DNA of 64,000 nucleotides, taken from IMG/VR virus record IMGVR_UViG_3300041407_000207, positions 52,090 through 116,089 of that record; one strand, given 5' to 3'. Of the stretch, positions 29,212-38,624 are shown piece by piece. The position numbers and the translations under genes are program-made. The DNA is from a virus (Duplodnaviria; Heunggongvirae; Uroviricota; Caudoviricetes). The number at the start of each line of letters is the position of its first letter. Position 1 is the stretch's first letter. The notes under the pieces are model-generated. The model saw only the letters and a list, made by a program, of their open reading frames with translations. It ran no database searches and had not been told where the DNA came from.

Positions 29212-30189
29212 ATGTCTGATTACTTCGGCCAGTCTCCGGACGGCTATCAAAAACCACTCTACGCTGCTAGTAATTTCAGTGATGTAGTAGATAAGCCTGC
29301 AGCCCTTGTTAACCTCGGTGCAGCTTCGGCGGACGACGTTCTAAAAGCAGCAAACCCAATCGGCACCATCATTGCCTTCTACGGGAGTGTTGCCCCGTAC
29401 GGCTACCTCCCTTGCTCGGGTCAAACCGTCTCTAGTTCTACTTTCCCAAGCTTAGTTACTTTCTTGGGCGGAACTACTTCGGCAACTCTTCCGGATCTTC
29501 GGGGGGAATTCCTCCGTGGATGGGATAATGGTAGAGGGATCGATACGGGTCGCACAATTCGAAGTAACCAGAAAGGATCTCTCCTCTATGGAAATGACGA
29601 TAACGGAGCAGAGGTACATGGACTAAATAGCATCAGTGCTAATAGGGCTGGACTTGGATGGGACGTACCTACTATAACGGAATATTCTGGGGTAGGAACC
29701 TATACCAATAGCGGAGTAATAGTACCTGGAAGTGTTTTATTTTCGGCTGCACATTACGGTACTTCCCGCCCACGAAACGTTTCGGTCCTCTACTGCATAA
29801 AAGCCTACGATTCTCCAGTTAACGCAGGTATTTTGAACGTTGCTACTCTGGCTAGTGAAATGGCTCTTAAAACTGCTCTTGCGGATTTCACGGGTACTAA
29901 TCAGACAAAAGCCAATATTGGTTACCAAAAACTTCCAGGAGGAATGATTATTCAATGGGGTGAATCCGTTACTACGAGCGGGACTGGAAATTTGGTTTTC
30001 CCAATAGCTTTCCCGACTGCAGCTGCGCAATTTATCGCAACTGCAACGGCATCTTCACCGGCTAACTATATTGTTACCTGCGGTTCACTAAGCCCTTCAA
30101 ATATCTCGGTATTTACCACAGGAGCAGTAGCTGGATCAACCCCAGTAGCTATCGCGATAGGCTATCGTTGGGTAGTTCTAGGCTATTAA
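29212..30189 (+). CDS. tail fibre protein paralog 3 with tail-collar motif, 325 aa
   Basis: N-terminus MSDYFGQSP..VVDKPAALVNLG. LPDLRGEFLRGWDNGRGIDTGRTIRSNQ. Confidence 0.7.
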   Translation: MSDYFGQSPDGYQKPLYAASNFSDVVDKPAALVNLGAASADDVLKAANPIGTIIAFYGSVAPYGYLPCSGQTVSSSTFPSLVTFLGGTTSATLPDLRGEFLRGWDNGRGIDTGRTIRSNQKGSLLYGNDDNGAEVHGLNSISANRAGLGWDVPTITEYSGVGTYTNSGVIVPGSVLFSAAHYGTSRPRNVSVLYCIKAYDSPVNAGILNVATLASEMALKTALADFTGTNQTKANIGYQKLPGGMIIQWGESVTTSGTGNLVFPIAFPTAAAQFIATATASSPANYIVTCGSLSPSNISVFTTGAVAGSTPVAIAIGYRWVVLGY

Positions 30190-30210
30190 TTTTCAACCGG
30201 AGTTATAAAG

Positions 30211-30618
30211 TTGACGACTTCATCCCCTCAACTCGAAAATAGAGTAATAGAAATTCTCGATGCAATTCGAGAGGTGTTGAACCGTCTAGCTACTCTAGAA
30301 GAAAAAACTGTTTGGCACAACAATTACATGAACCAGTTGAGTAATGGTCAAAAGGAAATGGCGGATCGTATTTCAGATCTTGCTCAGGACCGTGGCCGTA
30401 TTGCTCTTCTCGAGAGAGAAGTTCAGTACTTGACTGGCGACGTTAACAAACAAGCCAAACAGCTAGAGACTTTGACAGGTCTAGTTCAAGAATTGACTAC
30501 AAACGATAAGATGCAGGGTAAAACTACGGGCTTCATTGAGAAGTTTGCATCGTCATTCATACTTGCATTGGGTTCTGCCGGTGCAGGTGCCGGAGCTATT
30601 AAGTTCTTCGGCGGCTAA
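30211..30618 (+). CDS. coiled-coil protein with a Gly/Ala-rich hydrophobic C-terminus, 135 aa
   Basis: TTG start. First gene of the lysis-region cluster. Confidence 0.4.
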   Translation: MTTSSPQLENRVIEILDAIREVLNRLATLEEKTVWHNNYMNQLSNGQKEMADRISDLAQDRGRIALLEREVQYLTGDVNKQAKQLETLTGLVQELTTNDKMQGKTTGFIEKFASSFILALGSAGAGAGAIKFFGG

Positions 30619-30633
30619 TTTAGGAGTTTCAAA

Positions 30634-30885
30634 ATGGATCAAATCGACGTTGTAGCAGTAGGCTTTCTGGTCTCTCTGGCCAAAGCAACTATTTCTGTGC
30701 TCATGTTCTCCACCATCACCTTTCTTCTATTGAGAGTGGCTAACAAGCTTTCCGGAATACGTTTCGAACATGCATACCTGGTTGTCGGGACCGATCCCAA
30801 AGCCCTATCCATGTACCTGAGCGTTCGTTATGCAGTTCTAGGCCTGGGAAACGCGTACATCATTGCTTCAAACTTCCTTTACTGA
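30634..30885 (+). CDS. putative holin, 83 aa, 2-3 transmembrane segments
   Basis: Hydrophobic helices (VVAVGFLVSLAKATISVLMFSTITFLLL; LSVRYAVLGLGNAYIIA). Immediately upstream of the endolysin. Confidence 0.45.
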   Translation: MDQIDVVAVGFLVSLAKATISVLMFSTITFLLLRVANKLSGIRFEHAYLVVGTDPKALSMYLSVRYAVLGLGNAYIIASNFLY

Positions 30886-30895
30886 GGTCGTAGAC

Positions 30896-31489
30896 ATGAA
30901 AGTCTTAGCCGTAATTCTAGCATTCCTTTTTACGGCTACTTCGGTAGAGGCGGCCCCGCCTCCGCTAAAGAGCAAGTACGATGGGTTCTTCATAAAGTAC
31001 ACCCAGATGTACCTACCGGGTGTCGACTACGATTTGATAAAGGCTCAGTGCTGGCAGGAGTCTAGATTCAAAGAGCAGGCGGTTTCCCCGGTAGGGGCCG
31101 CTGGCGTCTGTCAGTTCATGCCCGGTACTTGGAAAGACACTAGAAAAGCACTGAAGATTTCCGAGAGTATCTCGGTGTTCCATCCTGAGTACAACATCCA
31201 AGCTGCGGCCTACTACATGGGTACGCAGTACAAGATGTGGAAGTCTCCTAGACCGATGCAAGACAGACATAACCTTGCTACCGCGAGCTACAACGCGGGG
31301 GCAGGTCATTTGATCACTGCACAAAAACTCTGTGGGGGCCCGGCTCTCTACAAAGAAATTATCCCATGCCTGCCTAGGGTGACAGGTAAGAACAGCAAAG
31401 AAACAATGGATTACGTAGTTCACATCCGTAATTTCTACGCCGATCTAAAAAAAGCCAAGAACGAGGTAGTTCCAAATGACGGTCTCTAA
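30896..31489 (+). CDS. lytic transglycosylase (SLT domain) endolysin with N-terminal signal peptide/SAR
   Basis: CWQESRFKEQAVSPVGAAGVCQFMPGTW (catalytic E-S, GLMQ-like). ASYNAGAG. Likely start MKVLAVILAFLF at 30896 (GAGG ribosome-binding site); the table ORF begins at 30863. Confidence 0.75.
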   Translation: MKVLAVILAFLFTATSVEAAPPPLKSKYDGFFIKYTQMYLPGVDYDLIKAQCWQESRFKEQAVSPVGAAGVCQFMPGTWKDTRKALKISESISVFHPEYNIQAAAYYMGTQYKMWKSPRPMQDRHNLATASYNAGAGHLITAQKLCGGPALYKEIIPCLPRVTGKNSKETMDYVVHIRNFYADLKKAKNEVVPNDGL

Positions 31490-31739
31490 ACTTGAATACG
31501 CAAAAGCAAAAGTGTCTTTGTATTTTTGGAACTTCTTGGTTGCAGTAGATCAGCTTGCCAATACTGCCCTCGGAGGTGATCCTGATGAAACCCTATCGTC
31601 TCGAATGGGCAAGAACGTACGTGCTGGCAGATGCAAACTGTGCAAAGTGATTTGCTATCTACTAAACAAAATTGACCCTAACCACTGTGAGAAATCTATC
31701 GAGCCTGATGAAGGTTCTCGGCAGGTGTCCGGTGATTGA
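31476..31739 (+). CDS. hypothetical small Cys-containing protein, 87 aa
   Basis: ORF within the lysis cassette. CKLCKVIC motif. Confidence 0.3.
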   Translation: MTVSKLEYAKAKVSLYFWNFLVAVDQLANTALGGDPDETLSSRMGKNVRAGRCKLCKVICYLLNKIDPNHCEKSIEPDEGSRQVSGD

Positions 31740-32145
31740 CTGGGTAAACAAAGCTATCATGGGCCTACTTTTGTCGGCCCTTGTTTCCTGTGCAGGTTAC
31801 ATCGTGTATCTGCGAGTAGAGGTATCTAATCTTACTCAAGATGTTTCCGACAGAGATGACGTAATCGATGCTAACAAACTTGTAATCGACAGGTACGTTT
31901 CCAACGCTGCGGAAAACGATGCGATCATCTCAGACTTCCGAAAGTCTCTAGAGGAGGTCAAGAGACTGCAACTACTAAAAGCAGAGCAGATTTCTAAAGC
32001 CATTGCAGACGCAGAGAAAGTGGTGAAAGAACGTGAATCTTATTCAGCTTCTCTACTGGCCACTATTCCAAAATCGTCTAACATGTGTAAAGAAGCCGAC
32101 GATATGATTAATTCTTATTTGGCCAAAGAGCGGGGTGAAAAATGA
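31672..32145 (+). CDS. putative i-spanin (N-terminal transmembrane segment plus coiled coil)
   Basis: GLLLSALVSCAGYIVYL transmembrane segment then helical region. True start possibly the ATG at 31759. Overlaps the o-spanin start. Confidence 0.45.
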   Translation: MTLTTVRNLSSLMKVLGRCPVIDWVNKAIMGLLLSALVSCAGYIVYLRVEVSNLTQDVSDRDDVIDANKLVIDRYVSNAAENDAIISDFRKSLEEVKRLQLLKAEQISKAIADAEKVVKERESYSASLLATIPKSSNMCKEADDMINSYLAKERGEK

Positions 32146-32429
32146 AAGTATTACTTTTTCTATTCACCCTGTTTCTTCAAGGCTGTTTCGGCTTGAACTC
32201 TAAACCACAACCTTTAGTAGAAACTGTCTATATTCGTGTTCCGGTCCCTGGACCACCAGTTCCTTGCAAGATTGATAGGGTAGAACCTCCGGTTGATCTT
32301 TTTATGAACTTGAAGAAAACAGACGATATTCACTACAAGGTAAAAACTCTGCTTGCAGGTAGGGAGTTAGATAAAGCTTATCGTGTCAAGTTGGAGACGG
32401 CGATCAACTCATGCAACCAAAAAGACTAA
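32142..32429 (+). CDS. putative o-spanin, outer-membrane lipoprotein, 95 aa
   Basis: Lipobox LFLQGC. Pro-rich. Start overlaps the i-spanin end. Confidence 0.6.
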   Translation: MKVLLFLFTLFLQGCFGLNSKPQPLVETVYIRVPVPGPPVPCKIDRVEPPVDLFMNLKKTDDIHYKVKTLLAGRELDKAYRVKLETAINSCNQKD

Positions 32430-33244
32430 TAGGGTATGACACATTCCATCTGCCACTCGATGAAGGAATGGACCATACGTTCAAATTCATCTACGTAGAT
32501 GAAAGCACACTACTCCCTATAGATTTGACGGGGTATCGGGCTGATCTTTATGTCCGCATGGTTCCCGGAAGTACTCAGGTACTAAAAGGCCTTTCCACTT
32601 CGTACTCATACGCAGACGGTTCTATATCCCTCGGGGCTGACGGGGAGATAACCTTAAGAATTACAGGCGGATTTACTACGAATTTGAATTGGTCAAGCGG
32701 TATCTACGATATGGTTTTGACCGACCCTGACCAGAATAGATCCAAGATTTTGAAAGGGTTTGTGAACATCTACAATACCAATACCTTTCCTTTGGAATAT
32801 TCGCCGATACAGCCAGCAGACGCATTGGTCCTTACCTCAGGCAAGACTCTTCTTCCTAACGGCATTGACCTTTACGGCTACATGAACCCTATCAAGCTAG
32901 GTATCGGGGGAGGTCTCCTTCTTACCGGTAGCCTAAGACCTGCGATCTATATGGGTCATGAAGTAGTTGAACTGAGTTATACAGGCGGAAGCCTACGAGT
33001 TACGTTCTCCGGTAACATGCCGGGTTCAAACGTTTTCAGCATGAAGATTGGAACCCAGGTGTTCCCGGTTTCAACTTCTGAAGGCAGAGTATTTAATGAG
33101 AGTGGGGCCGCAGGTCTTGGCCTTACTTACTGGGAATGGAGGGGATTGCTTAATCCGTTTGGTGATGTAGAAGGTTGGGCAGTAGCAGTAACGTTTACCC
33201 CAGAAGAAGAACCTGAAATGGTTATAGACGGGGGTACTTTCTAA
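32411..33244 (+). CDS. hypothetical structural protein, 277 aa
   Basis: ORF. Confidence 0.4.
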   Translation: MQPKRLIGYDTFHLPLDEGMDHTFKFIYVDESTLLPIDLTGYRADLYVRMVPGSTQVLKGLSTSYSYADGSISLGADGEITLRITGGFTTNLNWSSGIYDMVLTDPDQNRSKILKGFVNIYNTNTFPLEYSPIQPADALVLTSGKTLLPNGIDLYGYMNPIKLGIGGGLLLTGSLRPAIYMGHEVVELSYTGGSLRVTFSGNMPGSNVFSMKIGTQVFPVSTSEGRVFNESGAAGLGLTYWEWRGLLNPFGDVEGWAVAVTFTPEEEPEMVIDGGTF

Positions 33245-33495
33245 TGGCAGCCAGGTCTGGTGACGTATTGATAAAAAGGGGGCTAAGGTCCAACCTCCCA
33301 AATCGAGCAGAGTTAGCACAGCCATTGTTCGCCACAGATACTGGTGAATTGTTTATCGGACTAGGAAATGATAGGCCACCTTTAAAAATCGGAAAGTCCG
33401 ATTATGAAATTTGGCTGTCTCAAGGTAATACAGGCACCGTAGAAGATTTCTACAACGCCACCACTAGACAGACCTGGCAGCAGGCGGAATGGTAA
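33244..33495 (+). CDS. hypothetical protein, 83 aa
   Basis: TAATG coupling. Confidence 0.35.
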   Translation: MAARSGDVLIKRGLRSNLPNRAELAQPLFATDTGELFIGLGNDRPPLKIGKSDYEIWLSQGNTGTVEDFYNATTRQTWQQAEW

Positions 33496-33498
33496 ACA

Positions 33499-34074
33499 AT
33501 GGCTACTCTAAATTTCTACAAAGTCACATCTCTCCCAGGAACTCTGGTAGCAGACTCTCTTTATTTCGTAAGTAACGGTTCAGTAGCAGAATCGTACATT
33601 ACGGATTCTTCTGGTGTATCGAAATCCCTAGGTAACACTTCGATGATTACGTCGATTGTTACCTCTCAGATGGCCTCTACTCTGGCTTCCTATAACGCCA
33701 TGGAGATCGTGGCCACCATAGCGGCTCGTAATACGCTCGCTGCGACTCTTAATCGCAACCTTCTTGTCCTAGTGTCAGATGCGACTGGAGACGCCACCGT
33801 AGCCTCCGGAGCAGCTCTATACGCCTTCAACAACACTGGCGATACTTGGACTAAAGTAACTGAGTATGAATCTTTAGATGTCACCCTGACTTGGGCTTCC
33901 CTTCAGAACAAACCGACGTCTTCCGTAGCTCAGATTGATACCGCAGTAAGTCAGTCCCACGCCCATTCCAATAAGATTTATTTGGACAAGATAGGGGAGA
34001 CAGGTGGTGTTATGACTTACGATGGTTCTGCAGTTGGCGGAGGCACCACTAACTGGACAACTTTGAATTGGTAA
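33499..34074 (+). CDS. fibre-like protein, 191 aa (paralog of the next gene)
   Basis: N-terminus FYKVTSLPGTLVADSLYFVSNG parallels the next protein's HKVVSTLPTPLVASSIYYVRVG. Confidence 0.45.
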   Translation: MATLNFYKVTSLPGTLVADSLYFVSNGSVAESYITDSSGVSKSLGNTSMITSIVTSQMASTLASYNAMEIVATIAARNTLAATLNRNLLVLVSDATGDATVASGAALYAFNNTGDTWTKVTEYESLDVTLTWASLQNKPTSSVAQIDTAVSQSHAHSNKIYLDKIGETGGVMTYDGSAVGGGTTNWTTLNW

Positions 34075-34077
34075 TTT

Positions 34078-34599
34078 ATGGCCGCTGTACTCCATCATAA
34101 AGTCGTATCCACCCTGCCTACTCCCTTAGTGGCTAGTTCTATTTACTACGTCCGCGTAGGGAGTGGGTTCGATGTTTATGTCACCAATGAAACTGGTACT
34201 GTAGTTTCTTATCCGATAAACAATGCTAAAGCTGGAGCTAACTCGGACATCACTTCTATACGTGCGAGTCAGTACGTAGACAAGGTCTATGTGAATGCTA
34301 CGACCACAGGCACGGTTAACTTGGATTTATCTGCCTACACCGTATTTGACTTGACCCTAACGGGCAACACTACTCTTACGTTTTCGAATTTTCCGACGTT
34401 ATCTGCAGAGGGTCTGACTATAGTGATAAGACTTACTTGCGGGGCTACACCGTATTCTATAGCGTGGTTTTCCGGTCTAACGTGGTTGACGACTGGCGGA
34501 GCTGTGCCGACCGCGCCGCTGGCGAACAAGATAGCGGAGTTCGTAGTCACCTCACAAAATGGGACTGCTTTTTTGGGACGGAAGGGAGCTTCCAATTGA
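34078..34599 (+). CDS. fibre-like protein paralog, 173 aa
   Basis: See the previous gene. Confidence 0.45.
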   Translation: MAAVLHHKVVSTLPTPLVASSIYYVRVGSGFDVYVTNETGTVVSYPINNAKAGANSDITSIRASQYVDKVYVNATTTGTVNLDLSAYTVFDLTLTGNTTLTFSNFPTLSAEGLTIVIRLTCGATPYSIAWFSGLTWLTTGGAVPTAPLANKIAEFVVTSQNGTAFLGRKGASN

Positions 34600-35243
34600 A
34601 TTTAGGCAGAGCCTTGTTGGCTTCTTGGCCATCATCAATACCCGTAGACACCAGGCCTATTGGTCAATCTTACGGAGGGGGATATTACGCTGGAAGAATT
34701 CAGATAGGCTCAAATGTCTACGAGCTCGTAGTAGCCCCTAAAGAAGTTGGGGAAGCGACTCTAGCGAATCAGGCCTGGAACTTCTCCTTTACCGGTAACA
34801 CTTCTCTGAACGACGGTAAGCTGACTCAATCGAATATGGTAGCGTATGGGATAAGTTCATTCCCTGCTCAGCAAGCAGTTATTTCTAGCGTAAACGCTGG
34901 GGGATTCACTGATTGGTATATCGGGTCTAAAGAAGAGATGGAAGTAATATACAGAGCACTTAAGCCGTCTACTACGGTCAACGTAACTACCTCGGGAGTG
35001 AACTCTAGCTCCATCCCTACCACCTCAAACTATACAACTACAAATCCACCACAGACATCTGTTGCTATTTTTAGAACGGGTGGAGCTCAGCAATTCGCGG
35101 CTAGCCCGTACGCATCTGTTACCCAAGGATCTGGCGGACCACTGTACATGCACACCAAATCTTTTTCAGATGGATCGGACGCGTCTATAGTAAACGATTC
35201 TTACACATTAGTACGGGCAATACGCCGTATCCTAGTTGCATAA
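34596..35243 (+). CDS. hypothetical structural protein (TTG start), about 215 aa
   Basis: The table ORF 34437-35243 overlaps upstream. GAAGGGAG ribosome-binding site 7 nt before the TTG at 34596. Confidence 0.4.
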   Translation: MNLGRALLASWPSSIPVDTRPIGQSYGGGYYAGRIQIGSNVYELVVAPKEVGEATLANQAWNFSFTGNTSLNDGKLTQSNMVAYGISSFPAQQAVISSVNAGGFTDWYIGSKEEMEVIYRALKPSTTVNVTTSGVNSSSIPTTSNYTTTNPPQTSVAIFRTGGAQQFAASPYASVTQGSGGPLYMHTKSFSDGSDASIVNDSYTLVRAIRRILVA

Positions 35244-35255
35244 AGGCTAAAAAAA

Positions 35256-35558
35256 ATGGCTCAAAAACAAGTAGCAAGAGTTGGAGATATCGGTATCGGT
35301 GTTTGCCCAAACCATGGGGCACCTTTGATTTACACTACCACCTTCACTTCTGGGGAAGCCACGTTTTTGGCAGACGGGAAATTAGTTTGTACTGTGGGGT
35401 CGTTCGGTAATTCAACTTGTGGCCATCAGACAACAGCTCTGACCGGAAGCGCTATTTCTAAAGCAAATGGGAAGTTGCTTCACAGAGTAGGCGATACCGG
35501 TCAGAACTATGGTCAGTACACAGTTACGTCAGGAAGTCCGACGGTTTCTTCAGAGTAG
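35256..35558 (+). CDS. hypothetical protein, 100 aa; last gene of the late operon
   Basis: Followed by the hairpin at 35612-35635. Confidence 0.4.
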   Translation: MAQKQVARVGDIGIGVCPNHGAPLIYTTTFTSGEATFLADGKLVCTVGSFGNSTCGHQTTALTGSAISKANGKLLHRVGDTGQNYGQYTVTSGSPTVSSE

Positions 35559-35906
35559 TTCCGGGGCTGCTTGCTCAAAAAGAGCATCATAGCCATAGAT
35601 AGAACCCGTCACTTCAGACGGGTCTTTTATGCGCTCCACAAAAGTGCCTGTCATCCCGTGTCGTTTCATGATGAACGCCTGGACTGAAAGGTTATCTGCC
35701 AGAGTGGTCATTACCAGATTGAACTTTGGAACATCGACCTCAGGATCCCAATCGCCGCTTCCGCCGAAGAATACTTCCGCCCCGTAATCGTTCGGAGAAA
35801 TCTCCGGAAGATCAGGCATGTAGTTCATCGCGATCAGGTAGTTGTTAACTTGGTTGAACGCTGCGATTACAAACGATTTAGGGATGTTGTTTTTAAACGA
35901 TGACAT
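35550..35906 (-). CDS. hypothetical protein, 118 aa
   Basis: ORF. Confidence 0.4.
   Translation of the reverse strand: MSSFKNNIPKSFVIAAFNQVNNYLIAMNYMPDLPEISPNDYGAEVFFGGSGDWDPEVDVPKFNLVMTTLADNLSVQAFIMKRHGMTGTFVERIKDPSEVTGSIYGYDALFEQAAPELL
35612..35641 (+). terminator. rho-independent terminator of the late operon
   Basis: ACCCGTC-acttcag-ACGGGTC-ttttat. Lies inside the 3' end of the convergent gene 35550-35906. Confidence 0.5.
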
Positions 35907-36510
35907 GCTCCACCTCTTCCAAATTAATAGGGAGTCCTTCCTCTACAGGCCCCAAAATACTTCCGGGACGATACAGAGGAACCCATTCATCTGGAGGGAT
36001 TAAGTCTCCAGATCTGGTGTGTATCAGCTTCCCGGCCTTCACCCCTAGAAACTGAGTGTCTAAATCGTGGTGGCCGGTTGTCGATGCGGGAATTTTAAGA
36101 AGAGCTTTTGCTCGGCTGACAGCCATGCTGCCCAGAGTAGCTCCTGAATACTTAATTTCCTCGATAAAGAGGATTCCGCTACCAGAACCTGCGCGATTTC
36201 GGATTTCCCTCATATCTACTAAGCCTAGCTTTATAGCGATGCCTCGGTCTAGTAGGTACTGGTTGACGTAGGCCTGCTCCCTGAAAAACTTCCCCTTGAA
36301 CTCCACTTGTCCAGTCATGATAGTCATGTGAAAAGACCCTTGCAGGCTATTCTCTTCGAAATTAGGACTATACCTAAGATCTTCTCGTTCTCTAGAATGA
36401 TGGGGGTAATTACAAACAGAGTACAGGAAATTCCCTAACGACTGAGGGGAGTTAGCCCTCTTCAACATCGTTATCGGGCTGTGCTCCATAAACACAATCT
36501 GTGAGGTCAT
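35893..36510 (-). CDS. hypothetical protein, 205 aa; possible PD-(D/E)xK nuclease fold
   Basis: LVDM...GILFIEEIKYSG resembles the D...ExK core. Weak. Confidence 0.35.
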   Translation of the reverse strand: MTSQIVFMEHSPITMLKRANSPQSLGNFLYSVCNYPHHSREREDLRYSPNFEENSLQGSFHMTIMTGQVEFKGKFFREQAYVNQYLLDRGIAIKLGLVDMREIRNRAGSGSGILFIEEIKYSGATLGSMAVSRAKALLKIPASTTGHHDLDTQFLGVKAGKLIHTRSGDLIPPDEWVPLYRPGSILGPVEEGLPINLEEVEHVIV

Positions 36511-36952
36511 CGATCTCCCCTCGTATAGCTACCAACTCAATGAACGTAAAAACTACCGAAGTTGCGATGTGAATTGCGGCAAGGAGTACGAAGAAACTTT
36601 CGAATATCCAAAGCATCTTCGCGAACCCCATCCACAGAATCACAACCAATAGAATCAGAGTCGTACTGCCAGTGACTCTGAACATAGTGGATGCATCTTC
36701 GGAAAGCAAAGTTTGAGCGGTAGAGTTTGAAAGACCTGTTTCAGCAAGTTTTTGAAAATTCTTTCTGATCCAGATAAACAGAATTCCTGAAATAGCAGCG
36801 ATAGAAACCACTGCTACTAGGAAATACTGCGCCACCCATCCTGGAACTATAGGAGCCAAGAACAGGGATAGAAAAATACTAATCCCGATAGACCGGGAGA
36901 AGAACTCTAAATAGTATGCGCCTTCGTCTTCTTCAAGCATTTCCGACTCCAA
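36452..36952 (-). CDS. integral membrane protein, 166 aa
   Basis: Four hydrophobic helices. Confidence 0.45.
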   Translation of the reverse strand: MESEMLEEDEGAYYLEFFSRSIGISIFLSLFLAPIVPGWVAQYFLVAVVSIAAISGILFIWIRKNFQKLAETGLSNSTAQTLLSEDASTMFRVTGSTTLILLVVILWMGFAKMLWIFESFFVLLAAIHIATSVVFTFIELVAIRGEIDDLTDCVYGAQPDNDVEEG

Positions 36953-37001
36953 GTTAACTACGTTTAATCGATGATAGCTCGGAGTCGGCTAAGTTGAAAG
37001 C

Positions 37002-37445
37002 TCAGAGTGCATCACCCAGATCGAGAGCTTCGTGAGGCTCAGGCAGGGAGTAGCGCCAGAAGAGGACATCTTCACGGTAGAAGACTTGGCCGCTTTCTTC
37101 AGGAGGCTCGTGGAACGAACCTGAAGAAGCATCCCACATACCGAAGATACGACCGTGATCCGACGTGGTACCAACGAAGATCTCGAAGATCTCACCGTCG
37201 AAATCATCGTCCGGGCTGAACTCGTCGAAGTCGTAGCATTCCAAAGTATCGATCAGACCTTGGATCTTCGTCTTGATGGACTCGTAGGAACGTTCCATGC
37301 CCAGGATTTCACGCTCCTGTTCGTTAATGGTTCCTAGCAAGGATTTAACCTGGCTCACCTTCAACTCGAACTTGGAGTCCAGACCGCCAGCAGCTTCGGC
37401 AGCGTTGCAGAGATTGCGGATAGCATCGATCACGTTAATTTCCAC
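37002..37445 (-). CDS. hypothetical acidic protein, 147 aa
   Basis: ORF. Confidence 0.4.
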   Translation of the reverse strand: MEINVIDAIRNLCNAAEAAGGLDSKFELKVSQVKSLLGTINEQEREILGMERSYESIKTKIQGLIDTLECYDFDEFSPDDDFDGEIFEIFVGTTSDHGRIFGMWDASSGSFHEPPEESGQVFYREDVLFWRYSLPEPHEALDLGDAL

Positions 37446-37596
37446 GGCTAATGGCCTTTTTCTTTTTGATTACGATTCGGGCAACCCCAACGAGGTTGGT
37501 CTTCTTTTCGATGCAGAACTTGGCACGATCACGCATCAGAGATATTTCGAAAGCCTTCATCGGGTTGATGTCGGCAAGGCAAAGTTTCTTCCACAT
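37435..37596 (-). CDS. possible small basic protein, about 53 aa (not in the ORF table, below size cut-off)
   Basis: The ATG immediately follows the DHH gene stop and reads MWKKLCLADINPMKAFEISLMRDRAKF.... Confidence 0.25.
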   Translation of the reverse strand: MWKKLCLADINPMKAFEISLMRDRAKFCIEKKTNLVGVARIVIKKKKAISRGN

Positions 37597-37598
37597 GG

Positions 37599-38576
37599 TT
37601 ACAGTCCTCGTTTGGCAAGAGCTTTATCTTGGTGGCTACTCCCGTGAAGGAAATCCACCCAACGTTCAAGTTCACAGACGCCACCTGCGGCGTTAACGTG
37701 GCCACCCCCTTCGAACATCTTGGCCATTTGCGACACATCTACTGAATGAGCAGCACCCTGCTTGCTGCGCATGCTCAGAGCTACTTCCCCACCACGAGTA
37801 GCATTGTAGGCAATCACGAAAGGAACTTCGTGACGGTCGTACAGGTACTGGCAAACTTCGGACTGGTAGCACGAGGCATTTACTACGATGCCGCCACCAT
37901 AACCCTGGACTTCAAGATAACGGTAGGAGCTGGCCATCTTTTTGATCTGGGTATCCATCTCCTTGCAGAGAAAGGATCCTGCCTTGATACACTCTTCGGG
38001 AAAGAGACTGAAATCGTAGATTGCGAGTAGGTATGACGCCGGGTCATTGGTTTCTGCCGATGCCGACATCCACGCGATAACTTCTCTAGTCCTAGGCATC
38101 GCCCAAGTCCAGAGATCACGATCTTCTACGTGAAGAGCGAGGTTCGGTATCCCCGAAGGGTTCTCAACGCCTTTACGGAAATACTCCCATGCCAAACGAG
38201 CACCAGATTTCGTCATATCGAAAATCAGATCAAGGCCCTTCATCCCTTCCAACTGTTTCGCATCATCGCGAGCAGTTTTGTGATGGTCTAGGATAACTAC
38301 CTTGATCTCTACTGAGAGTAGATCCTGAACCACTACAGGCTTAGGACAGAAGTCCACAAAAATAATCTGCTCAACATTTTGTGCCAGCGCCAATTGGTAC
38401 GGTGCTTTTGGATCTTCTGCGAAGAATCCATCCCAGTCAGACTGGTTGTAGCCGATAGGGATCAACCCTTCTTTTTCATCACAGTCCAATCGACCTTCAC
38501 GAATTGCTTCCAGAGCTGCCGCAGCAGCCATGGTCCCGTCGAAGCAATGAGAGTGATAAAACACTACTGTTTTCAT
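37599..38576 (-). CDS. DHH-DHHA1 phosphoesterase (NrnA-like nanoRNase/pAp phosphatase family), 325 aa
   Basis: Motif I YHSHCFDGT (DHH-family Asp cluster). Motif III ILDHHK. DHHA1 GGGH motif (MFEGGGHVNAAG). Confidence 0.75.
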   Translation of the reverse strand: MKTVVFYHSHCFDGTMAAAAALEAIREGRLDCDEKEGLIPIGYNQSDWDGFFAEDPKAPYQLALAQNVEQIIFVDFCPKPVVVQDLLSVEIKVVILDHHKTARDDAKQLEGMKGLDLIFDMTKSGARLAWEYFRKGVENPSGIPNLALHVEDRDLWTWAMPRTREVIAWMSASAETNDPASYLLAIYDFSLFPEECIKAGSFLCKEMDTQIKKMASSYRYLEVQGYGGGIVVNASCYQSEVCQYLYDRHEVPFVIAYNATRGGEVALSMRSKQGAAHSVDVSQMAKMFEGGGHVNAAGGVCELERWVDFLHGSSHQDKALAKRGL

Positions 38577-38624
38577 TAGATCATCCAGTACAGAGTTACG
38601 TTGATGGAAAGTACTGCAACTTTC

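Noticed and set aside
34437-34595. N-terminal part of the table ORF 34437-35243
   Set aside because: Overlaps 34078-34599. A TTG at 34596 preceded by GAAGGGAG gives a coupled start.
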